This document shows positions 7,886 to 15,291 of a stretch of 32,000 bases of DNA, piece after piece (the stretch's first letter is position 1; every line of letters begins with the position of its first letter). The DNA is from Candidatus Thorarchaeota archaeon (GTDB lineage Archaea; Asgardarchaeota; Thorarchaeia; Thorarchaeales; Thorarchaeaceae). Under the pieces are notes generated by a model. That model was not told the origin of the DNA and made no database searches. It saw only the letters and a list, made by a program, of their open reading frames with translations. The stretch lies in contig PRDH01000012.1 in assembly GCA_003345545.1 (NCBI GenBank), forward strand, positions 19,129 through 51,128. Direction: 5' to 3'. Made by a program: the position numbers and the translations under genes.

Positions 7886-8521
7886 GTGGTCAGTGAAAGT
7901 ATGAAGGATGTGACGGTGGCCATCTTGGCTGGAGGTGACTCAAGACGATTCGGTTCAGATAAGGCCTTGAAGGAGTTTCAAGGGCGGCCTCTAGTATCAC
8001 ATATGCTTGACATCGCTCGGGAGATTTCGCCCACTGTCCTTGTCGTAGTGTCAGATGGTGAACATCTTGAGAGGATCAAGCCGCACATCAAAATGGGACG
8101 TGTTGTCGTGGACCCAGAGGACAGCACGAAGTCAGCCTTGAATGGAGCTGTCACTGCATTTGAGCACGCAGAAACGGACTACACACTGCTACTGCCAATT
8201 GATACACCCCTTGCGAGGCCAAGCCTGTTGAAGATACTTGTGGAGATGAGTCCTAAGCACGGAGCTGTAGTGCCCTCATGGCCATCTGGATATATCGAGC
8301 CGCTTCACTCGGTCTACATGACAGAGCATGCCTATTATCACGGACTAAAGGTCTTGGGGCAGAAGTCATTCGAGATGCACAGCCTACTTAATCGACTCCA
8401 AAATGTCTTGTATGTGTCAACAGAAGCCCTGAAGCAGTTTGACGCCAAACTTGAAACCTTCAAGAATTTCAATACATTGGGCGAATTGAAGGCTGCAGAG
8501 GGAAAGTACCGGAGCAAATGA
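7886..8521 (+). CDS. mobA: MobA-like nucleotidyltransferase (molybdenum cofactor guanylyltransferase family)
   Basis: 211 aa. Motifs VAILAGGDSRRFGSDKAL..F.GRPL and LLLPIDTPL. The start may be the ATG at 7901 (MKDVTVAILAGG) rather than the GTG at 7886. Confidence 0.7.
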   Translation: MVSESMKDVTVAILAGGDSRRFGSDKALKEFQGRPLVSHMLDIAREISPTVLVVVSDGEHLERIKPHIKMGRVVVDPEDSTKSALNGAVTAFEHAETDYTLLLPIDTPLARPSLLKILVEMSPKHGAVVPSWPSGYIEPLHSVYMTEHAYYHGLKVLGQKSFEMHSLLNRLQNVLYVSTEALKQFDAKLETFKNFNTLGELKAAEGKYRSK

Positions 8522-8574
8522 CCTGCGAGTCTTCTGAGAGTTTCGGTAGATGGACTTCGGTTCAGGCGAGATCC

Positions 8575-9654
8575 TTAGGCTCCTGAGTTCTCATGGCGGA
8601 TTCTGCACGTGCCCTCATGACCAACCATGCATGGCCCATAGGGGTTCTCAGGGGTGCAACGGTTCCCAAATAACTTGCAGTCCACAGGGTCAACCATACC
8701 GAGAATCACTTCATGGCATCTGCAACCAGGGAGGATATCCACAGACTCAGTATCCGGAAAGTCGAACCTGAGTCTAGCGTCATGCGCGCGGTACTTTCGT
8801 TTGATGAAATAGCCGGATTTCTTGATGATTCCGAGACCTCTCCAAGGAGCGTCACCAATCCTGAATGTCTGGCTCAATACTCTCTGTGCTGTAATGTTGC
8901 CCTCAGGACGAACTACACGTGTGTACTCATTCTCTGAGACTGCTCTACCTTCAGATATCTGTAACGCAATCATCCGAATGGCCTCGAGGACATCCAGTGG
9001 TTCGAAACCAGCAGCAACACACGGCACATGACGTCTCTCCGCAAAGGACTGGAATGCATTCGAGCCAATGATTGCTGAAACATGTCCCGGAGTGATGAAG
9101 CCATCCACCGCAAATCCTTCAATGTTGACGAGAAGATCCATCGCAGGAGGAATGACCTTCAGTGACGTGAGAATCGAGAAGTTAGGAGGAGGCGAGCGAA
9201 GGAGCTCTAGTCCAATAGTGGGGGCGGTGGTTTCAAAGCCAACTCCGACGAACACGACTTGCTTGTTAGGATTCTTCCTAGCAATCTCAACGGCATCATT
9301 GGTACCATACACCACTCGAACATCGGCACCCTTCGTGCGCTCTTTTGCCAGTGAGGAGTCAGTCGAGGGAACACGAACCATATCTCCAAAGGTCGTCACT
9401 ATGTGGCCCTGCCGCGCCAGCGCGATTGCCATGTCTACATCTTCGGCTGCGCACACGCACACTGGACACCCAGGGCCCGCAACTAGGTGCATGCTCTCGG
9501 GCAACAGGGAGCGAATTCCGTATTGACTTATCGTGTCCTCATGCGTGCCGCACACATGAACAATCCTTAGCTGCCGATTATGGCTCAGAGTCTCGATCTC
9601 TCTCTTCAGAGCTTGAGCGTATCGGGCACTGCGGAATTCAAGTTGTTTGCTCAT
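8575..9654 (-). CDS. hypD: [NiFe]-hydrogenase maturation factor HypD
   Basis: 359 aa. Motifs HVCGTHEDTI, GPGCPVCV, GFETTAP, and PGHVSAIIG. The C-terminal Cys cluster is CRCHEVILG...CKLFGNRCTPENPYGPCMVGHEGTC. Confidence 0.92.
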   Translation of the reverse strand: MSKQLEFRSARYAQALKREIETLSHNRQLRIVHVCGTHEDTISQYGIRSLLPESMHLVAGPGCPVCVCAAEDVDMAIALARQGHIVTTFGDMVRVPSTDSSLAKERTKGADVRVVYGTNDAVEIARKNPNKQVVFVGVGFETTAPTIGLELLRSPPPNFSILTSLKVIPPAMDLLVNIEGFAVDGFITPGHVSAIIGSNAFQSFAERRHVPCVAAGFEPLDVLEAIRMIALQISEGRAVSENEYTRVVRPEGNITAQRVLSQTFRIGDAPWRGLGIIKKSGYFIKRKYRAHDARLRFDFPDTESVDILPGCRCHEVILGMVDPVDCKLFGNRCTPENPYGPCMVGHEGTCRIRHENSGA

Positions 9655-9664
9655 CGCATTATGA

Positions 9665-9698
9665 CCACTTGGTACCTAGTGGACTTAGCATAAAAATG
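9665..9698 (-). promoter_or_regulatory. hypD promoter candidate: TATA (catttttatgc on the - strand, 9688-9698) plus an 18-bp near-palindrome ccacttggtacctagtgg (9665-9682)
   Basis: The TATA centre is about 39 nt upstream of the hypD ATG (9654). The palindrome (one central-arm mismatch, core ggtacc) covers the expected transcription start, which is the position typical of archaeal repressor operators. Confidence 0.35.
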
Positions 9699-9718
9699 AC
9701 GATGTGTGGCAAAAAGAT

Positions 9719-10045
9719 TCAGGATTTCGATTCGTATCCTTCTAGAATGGCGAGGGCTTCTCCCACGGTAATGGACAACTTGCTGGCGAGTTCCCTTGCT
9801 GTGATCTTTGGATCCTCCGGAATGATATGATTGATTGCGTACCCTGCATTGCCTGCGAACAGAGGATTATTCCTTGCAGTTTCAATCAGAATAGGCCATA
9901 GAGGATGCCCCTTGAAATCAGCAACGTCAATATCGATTGTTCGACCAGATTCATACTTAACAGAGCGGACGTTAACCGACTTCTTTGATGTTTCCTTGGT
10001 CTTAGTAGAATCAGTGAGCTTCGCCTGTCTCAATGCGACATCCAA
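9719..10045 (-). CDS. Hypothetical protein with a C-terminal helix-turn-helix-like segment
   Basis: 108 aa. The ORF contains no ATG at all; the candidate starts are TTG at 10045 or TTG at 10033. The C-terminus (KITARELASKLSITVGEALAILEG) looks like an HTH. I recognised no family. Confidence 0.5.
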   Translation of the reverse strand: MDVALRQAKLTDSTKTKETSKKSVNVRSVKYESGRTIDIDVADFKGHPLWPILIETARNNPLFAGNAGYAINHIIPEDPKITARELASKLSITVGEALAILEGYESKS

Positions 10046-10232
10046 CCTTTCTTTTCCCGGCGTTGCCTATGACAATAGGAACATCTCAGAAGTCTTCGTT
10101 GACACGATATAAGCCTTGGGGAGCGTCATCTGTCCTGAAACTGAGTAGCGCCACTAGCAGAATTGGTGCTCATGCCTGAATTTTCAATGGCAGTATTATG
10201 TCGCAAGATTTAACAAGGGAATCAAGAAGAGC

Positions 10233-10580
10233 ATGAAACGAAGCAGAATAAGGCCTCAATGCCAAAATGGGAGAATGCGATCAGTGCCTCAAGGCATTCG
10301 GAGAATAGTATTGGATGTTTTGAAACCTCACAGTCCGCCGCTGACTGAGCTCTCCTTGATGCTCGTACGAGATGCACGCGTAAGTGGAGTCAACATCTCG
10401 CTCAAGGAAGTAGATCAAAACACTGAGAGCATCACTATCACTCTGGAGGGAGATGACCTGAACTTCAGCAGTATCAGGGAGGTTCTAGAAGACGCGGGAG
10501 CAGTCATCCACTCCATTGACCAAGTTGTAGCAGGAAAGTCATTTGTTGAGGAAGTAAACCTTCAGCTTGAGGATACATAG
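10233..10580 (+). CDS. DUF211-family archaeal protein
   Basis: IRRIVLDVLKPHSPPLTELSL...VSGVNISLKEVDQNTESITITLEGDDLNF..I...LEDAGAVIHSIDQVVAG matches the DUF211 signature as I recall it. The ATG at 10233 lies about 22 nt after a TATA-like atttaaca (a leaderless transcript is possible). An alternative ATG lies at 10275. Confidence 0.75.
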   Translation: MKRSRIRPQCQNGRMRSVPQGIRRIVLDVLKPHSPPLTELSLMLVRDARVSGVNISLKEVDQNTESITITLEGDDLNFSSIREVLEDAGAVIHSIDQVVAGKSFVEEVNLQLEDT

Positions 10581-10585
10581 AGATA

Positions 10586-11260
10586 CTATCTTCTCTGGAT
10601 CTGGTCACTTACCCTCTTGCTCTCGATCTCAATCTTCTTGCGGACAAGGGCATATAGCTCTGGCTCGAAAATGCCAGGAATGATTTTCACAACACTGCAC
10701 AGCTGATCGACTATCTTCTCAGCTAGAGACTCTGGTGAAAGCACATTACGGCTAACAATACCGATTACAAGCTCTTCACCAACATTGGCACGAACGACAG
10801 AGTCAACAACGCTAGATATCGTTCCCTGAGGATCCATGAAGAAGGGGAGCTGCGTGCTATCATGAATGGTTGAGAAGCCAAGCTTGTCGCAGATACTCTC
10901 CGTGTACCATTCCAGGCTGGATTCCTTCATATTGAGCTTGTTAGCGAACTCTGTTTTCGTCAGAGGATTCGGGTGACTCCAGGGGTGTCGTGTCACAATA
11001 TAGAGCGCTGCGGCAAAGAGGGGATCTTCCTCCCGTGGCCTGCCCTGTTGAGAAACATATCTCCGGACAAGGTCAAGTGCCATCTTCTCATATCTTGCAT
11101 CAATCCGGTTCTCTTTGAAAAACTCATGAGCATGAAGCACAGCCTCCACAATGATTTGAGGACTGATAGGGAATTCTTCTGAGTCATGATGAGATTCCAT
11201 CTGTGTTCCTCTCGAATACGCTCTGCAAGCTACAGCTGGTTTCAGTGGAACTAGATGCAA
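10586..11260 (-). CDS. Hypothetical protein with one TFIIB/cyclin-repeat-like domain
   Basis: 224 aa (probably starting at MESHHD, ATG 11200). PLFAAALYIVTRH...LTKTEFANKLNMKESSLEWYTESICDKLGF resembles a single TFB core cyclin repeat. There is no Zn ribbon or B-reader. The C-terminal ~100 aa are unassigned. Confidence 0.6.
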   Translation of the reverse strand: MHLVPLKPAVACRAYSRGTQMESHHDSEEFPISPQIIVEAVLHAHEFFKENRIDARYEKMALDLVRRYVSQQGRPREEDPLFAAALYIVTRHPWSHPNPLTKTEFANKLNMKESSLEWYTESICDKLGFSTIHDSTQLPFFMDPQGTISSVVDSVVRANVGEELVIGIVSRNVLSPESLAEKIVDQLCSVVKIIPGIFEPELYALVRKKIEIESKRVSDQIQRR

Positions 11261-11316
11261 GATATATTCTTTTGCAAAGGAAGTAAGGGTGAGTTCTTAA
11301 GGGCGCCATCACTGCT

Positions 11317-11895
11317 TCATCTAGCGCTGTACGTCTTTTCGAGGGCCCAACGGAGAGTAGACTGTATCTCCTTCATTCGGTTCTCATCACCGCAGTTCCT
11401 GATGACCATCTCACCTAGGATGTTGTCTTCTGAATGCACTTCAAAATCAAAAGCATCTTCCCATTCAATCTCACCGTTCTCAACTCTATGACGGTCTTCC
11501 TGCTGGAATTTACCGAGAATTCTCTCCACGAAGAATCGGGCAAAGGCTCCACGAGTGATGTCATAGACTGCATGCTCGGCAGGTAGGAACCGCATGGTCT
11601 GTTCAGAGATCTCAATGATTCCGAGCTCTAGTTTGCCAGCCTTGTTCATCAGGACTATACTCTGAGGCTCGGTAGTTTCTGCTGCTACCTTGGCCGGAGC
11701 TGCGCCTTCGACACTCGGAGCCTTCGCCAACGCGGCATCAGCTGTTGTGAAACTGGCTTTGGCGATCTGAGCATCAAGATTCTCTATGTGCTCCTCGAAA
11801 CGTGCAATCATATCTCGTAGTCTATCAATCTCTTCGTTCAACTTAGTTCTAATATTCAGAAGAAATTGAATGTCAGGATTCTCCACTCTGTGCAC
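11317..11895 (-). CDS. Hypothetical protein: N-terminal coiled coil, Ala/Pro-rich linker, unassigned C-terminal domain
   Basis: 192 aa, GTG start. The heptad-like N-terminus is LLNIRTKLNEEIDRLRDMIARFEEHIENLDAQIAKA, the linker is ALAKAPSVEGAAPAKVAAETTEP, and a ~110-aa globular region follows. Confidence 0.6.
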   Translation of the reverse strand: MHRVENPDIQFLLNIRTKLNEEIDRLRDMIARFEEHIENLDAQIAKASFTTADAALAKAPSVEGAAPAKVAAETTEPQSIVLMNKAGKLELGIIEISEQTMRFLPAEHAVYDITRGAFARFFVERILGKFQQEDRHRVENGEIEWEDAFDFEVHSEDNILGEMVIRNCGDENRMKEIQSTLRWALEKTYSAR

Positions 11896-11989
11896 CTACA
11901 TAGACAACTGACTATACAGGTCATTGTCTGATGATATATCATTGCATGTATTATCATAAAGCTCGCAGAAAGCGAGTGTGCTGATGAGG

Positions 11990-12250
11990 TTATTCCTCGA
12001 CGGAGATTGCAAAGTCAGGACACTCCATCTCACAGAGCCGACAGACCTTGCAGGACTCAAGATCTACTACAATAGGGAGAAAGGAACCACGATTATCCAC
12101 AACATCTGACTTTTTCAAAACACCATGGGGACAGACGGAGATGCAGATATGGCATCCCTTGCACAATTTGGCGTCAATATGGATTTGCTTTGCCTTCCTC
12201 GGCATTGTCAGATTCCCAAGCGAAAACGCCGGTTGCACTGGATATAACAA
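11990..12250 (-). CDS. 2x[4Fe-4S] ferredoxin (PorD/KorD delta-subunit-like)
   Basis: Two cluster motifs: CKGCHICISVCP and CKVCRLCEMECP. The probable true start is MPRKAKQ (ATG 12205, 71 aa). No Por/Kor alpha, beta or gamma genes are nearby. Confidence 0.85.
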   Translation of the reverse strand: MLYPVQPAFSLGNLTMPRKAKQIHIDAKLCKGCHICISVCPHGVLKKSDVVDNRGSFLPIVVDLESCKVCRLCEMECPDFAISVEE

Positions 12251-12325
12251 TATTCATCCGACCAGAGAGAGCGACCATTAAATAGCCAGAACTATAAACA
12301 CTGTACTAGTGCTGGGGCTTCACCA

Positions 12326-13039
12326 TTGAAACAATTCGTAGTGTTCATGTGTGCTAAGTGTAGAAACTTCACGAATTCTCCGGTGGGGCAGAAACACAGA
12401 CGATGCAGCTATTGTGGCAGCATCATCGATATCACGAAGGCGAACTGTGCTCTCTTTGATGGACCCGAACAGGCTATGGAAGCAGTCAAGAAGTTCAATG
12501 CTGCAAGGGGAGGAAACGAGTTTCAAGATGCTGTGGAAAGGTCGAAGGAAAGATACCGTTCCCTATTGCCCGAGGAACCAGTCGATATTGACAAGATGGC
12601 GACCGACGATGAACAACTGGTCCTCCCAGGAAAACGAGCGCGTCTGATGGCGATACTCGAAGAAGAGGCTAGGGGAAAACCTTGTTCGCTTGACAGACTC
12701 GAGGAGTTAAGCGATAATCGGCAACTTCGCTGGACATGGGTCGAGAAGACTATTCAGGACCTATCAAATAGTGGAGCACTAATATTCCCACACCCATGGG
12801 AAGTGCAGCTAGTGGAAACCAACGAAGACTCGTCGCCAAAGAGCACTGCCGAGCGTGATGTATCAGCGGAAATCATCTCATTTCTGAAGATGCAAGGAGA
12901 GAGAGTGAGGGTTGATGAGATTGTGCGTCATTTCGAGAAGAGGGGGATCTCAGAAGCATCAGTCGACAGCTCACTTGAACGACTCATGAGAAGTGGAGAT
13001 ATCTTCCAGCCGACTGTCGGGTATGTGAGTTTGGTATGA
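12326..13039 (+). CDS. DUF1922-like zinc-ribbon protein fused to two winged-helix-like domains
   Basis: 237 aa. The N-terminus (FVVFMCAKCRNFT...KHRRCSYCGSIIDI...FDGPEQAMEAVKKFN) fits the DUF1922 C-x2-C...C-x2-CG pattern. An acidic linker follows, then two wH-like segments (RARLMAILEEE...; EIISFLKMQGERVRVDEIVRHFEKRGISEASVDSSLERLMRSGDIF). TTG start at 12326, or the ATG at 12347. Confidence 0.65.
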   Translation: MKQFVVFMCAKCRNFTNSPVGQKHRRCSYCGSIIDITKANCALFDGPEQAMEAVKKFNAARGGNEFQDAVERSKERYRSLLPEEPVDIDKMATDDEQLVLPGKRARLMAILEEEARGKPCSLDRLEELSDNRQLRWTWVEKTIQDLSNSGALIFPHPWEVQLVETNEDSSPKSTAERDVSAEIISFLKMQGERVRVDEIVRHFEKRGISEASVDSSLERLMRSGDIFQPTVGYVSLV

Positions 13040-13079
13040 ACTGTTCGATTCATTCAAGAGGGTTGGAACAGTAAGGAAT

Positions 13080-13478
13080 GTGATACAAATGCCAATTGTC
13101 GAGCTCGTGGCCATAAGGATACTGGAGAGGAATCCAGGTATCGGTCTCGATGTTGTCGACTTGATTGTGTTACTATGGATGTACACCAATCCCTATGACA
13201 GCCATCGTCGTCAGCTCAGTTCGATGAGAAACATCCTGAAGATGAGCGAAACCCTACAAGTCCCGGGTGGAACGCTTGATGTGACAGAGGAAGAACTGAC
13301 GCAAATAGTCCTGAAAAGTCTCGAGAGTCTCAGAAAGAAGGGATTCGTGTATATTCAATCAGCAGGAGTTCACTACATCAAAGGCACGCTTACGGACACC
13401 GGAGTGAAACTAGTCCAAAGGACAGTGAGCAGTCCACTCTTGAAACGAGTCACAGATGAGTTTGGCGATAATCCATAG
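13080..13478 (+). CDS. Hypothetical winged-helix-like protein
   Basis: 132 aa, 40 nt downstream of the previous gene. The segment EEELTQIVLKSLESLRKKGFVYIQSAG..YIKGTLTDTGVKLV looks like a MarR/PadR-type recognition helix plus wing. Confidence 0.5.
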   Translation: MIQMPIVELVAIRILERNPGIGLDVVDLIVLLWMYTNPYDSHRRQLSSMRNILKMSETLQVPGGTLDVTEEELTQIVLKSLESLRKKGFVYIQSAGVHYIKGTLTDTGVKLVQRTVSSPLLKRVTDEFGDNP

Positions 13479-13503
13479 ATGTGGTTCTCGGACATGTGAG
13501 AAG

Positions 13504-13511
13504 GTTTAAAT
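13504..13511 (+). promoter_or_regulatory. TATA-like element gtttaaat upstream of the ribosomal-protein cluster
   Basis: This is the only strong TATA-like motif in the 242-nt spacer before uL22. It implies a leader of about 190 nt. Confidence 0.35.
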
Positions 13512-13720
13512 GCTAAAGTCATCCGGAACCGAGCAGTTGCTCATTGAACGTGACTGTTTCAGAGCCGATGGATGCAGTGCAGACTACTTGGTTCTGCTCG
13601 CGAGAACTGTCTGCAGACGTGTGCCTGTAGGGTCTGGAGTGGTTACAGAGCGCGAATATGACTTAGAAGCTTGCAGAATAATGTGAGCTTTCCATAGTCA
13701 CACAGCGGAAGTGACGCACG

Positions 13721-14185
13721 ATGCCATCGTATGGATATTCAATCATAGGCATTGACCCGGATAGAACTGCTATTGCTAGTGGAAGAAACATTCGGGTTTC
13801 TCCAAAACAGTGCAGAGAAGTCTGTAAACAAATCCGAGGAATGATGCTTGACAAGGCCATAGAACTTCTGGAGGCCGTAATCAAGGAAGAGAAGTGGATT
13901 CCCTACAAGCGCCATTACAAGAGCCGTGCGCACCATCCCGGAATGAGAAAGTGGATGGCAGGCGGGCATCCCGTCAAGGCTTCTACTCACATCATCAAGA
14001 TTCTAAAGAATGCTGAAGCGAATGCAGACAATAAGGGACTCGACATTGATCGGCTCAAGGTCATCCATGCAGTCACACACAGAGGCCGAATGTACAAGAA
14101 GTACATGGAGAGAGCGTTCGGAAGAAGCTCGCCGTTTTTTGAGGAATCCTCACATATTGAAATCGTTCTGGAAGAGGTGGCGTAG
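13721..14185 (+). CDS. rpl22: 50S ribosomal protein uL22
   Basis: 154 aa. Sequence: AIASGRNIRVSPKQCREVCKQIRGMMLDKAIELLEAVI...IPYKRH...GRMYKKYMERAFGRSSP. It sits in the canonical position before uS3. Confidence 0.95.
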   Translation: MPSYGYSIIGIDPDRTAIASGRNIRVSPKQCREVCKQIRGMMLDKAIELLEAVIKEEKWIPYKRHYKSRAHHPGMRKWMAGGHPVKASTHIIKILKNAEANADNKGLDIDRLKVIHAVTHRGRMYKKYMERAFGRSSPFFEESSHIEIVLEEVA

Positions 14186-15079
14186 ATGTCGGCGGTCAAG
14201 TATTTCATTGAGCAGAACACACGCAAACTGGCAATTGACGAATTCCTGAACAAAGAACTCAATGCTGCAGGATATGGTGGCGTTGAGATCAGAAAGATGC
14301 CCATGAAGACAGAGGTCGTCATCAATGCTTCGCGACCTGGTGTTGTCATTGGAAGACGTGGAGCAAAAATCAGGGAGCTGACCTACATTCTTGAGAATGA
14401 GTTCGGACTAGAGAATGTCCAAGTCGAAGTCAATGAGATAGAGAATCCATGGCTTGATGCGGCAGTCATGGCATCGAGGCTAGCTAGACAGCTAGAGCGT
14501 GGTGTCAGATTCCGGAGAATGGCATACTGGATCCTTAGGAGAGTCATGCGAGCAGGTGCCATCGGATGCGAGATTATTGTGAAGGGCAAGCTCTCCAGCA
14601 GAAGAGCCCGTTATCAGAAATTCAGACAAGGGACCGTTGCCAAGACGGGACAACCAGCAAGTGTCTTTGTCGATGAGGCGGATGACAAAGCTATTCTCAA
14701 GCCTGGAGTCATTGGCATAAAGGTCCTGATTATGAGACCGGATGCAAATATGCCTGGAGTCATTACCATCAAGCCTCCAAAACCAAAGAAACCTGAAGAG
14801 ATTGAACTGGTCAAGAAGGCTGGTGAAGAGAAGGCCACTGAGGAAGAAGAGGCCATGGAGGAGGCTCTTGAGGGAATCACGAATATCGATGAACTTAGAG
14901 AACTGGAAGAGCTTGATGGTCTTGAACTTCTGGAAGACGAAACAGCTCCAGAGGAGCACAAGACTCCCGAGAAGACGCCAGATGAAGAGCCTAAAAGAGA
15001 TGCTAGTGAACCAGCCGATGAGAGTGTCGTAGATGATCTCTCAGAGCTGGATGAGCTAGACGAGGAGGATGCTGATTAA
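14186..15079 (+). CDS. rps3: 30S ribosomal protein uS3 with a ~95-aa acidic C-terminal tail
   Basis: KH domain (GVVIGRRGAKIRELT) and S3-C domain (MASRLARQLERGVRFRR...GCEIIVKGKL), followed by an E/D-rich tail running to ...LSELDELDEEDAD. Confidence 0.95.
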   Translation: MSAVKYFIEQNTRKLAIDEFLNKELNAAGYGGVEIRKMPMKTEVVINASRPGVVIGRRGAKIRELTYILENEFGLENVQVEVNEIENPWLDAAVMASRLARQLERGVRFRRMAYWILRRVMRAGAIGCEIIVKGKLSSRRARYQKFRQGTVAKTGQPASVFVDEADDKAILKPGVIGIKVLIMRPDANMPGVITIKPPKPKKPEEIELVKKAGEEKATEEEEAMEEALEGITNIDELRELEELDGLELLEDETAPEEHKTPEKTPDEEPKRDASEPADESVVDDLSELDELDEEDAD

Positions 15080-15291
15080 TGGTAAGACTCACCTCGAAAG
15101 ATATACGAAAGCTGACACCTGCAGAACGTCAGAAGAACTTGGATGATCTCTATGATGAGATGTCCAGAATCAGAATTGAGTCTGCAACAGGTGGAGGTAC
15201 TCAGAATCCGTACAGGATCCGCAATGTTAGGAGGGCAATAGCCCGGATTCTAACGATTCAGCACCAAGAGGAGCCGGAGGCATCTGAATGA
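15079..15291 (+). CDS. rpl29: 50S ribosomal protein uL29
   Basis: 70 aa. Sequence: IRKLTPAERQKNLDDLYDEMSRIR...NPYRIRNVRRAIARILT. Its start overlaps the uS3 stop (TAATG). Confidence 0.93.
   Translation: MVRLTSKDIRKLTPAERQKNLDDLYDEMSRIRIESATGGGTQNPYRIRNVRRAIARILTIQHQEEPEASE

Noticed and set aside
14492-14961. Long antisense ORFs across low-complexity K/E regions (14492-14959, 14614-14961, 19470-19790, 21068-21556)
   Set aside because: They mirror the GAA/GAG/AAG-rich tails of uS3, eL32 and uL18. Their Ser/Phe/Leu-rich translations are the expected reverse complement of such repeats, not genes.
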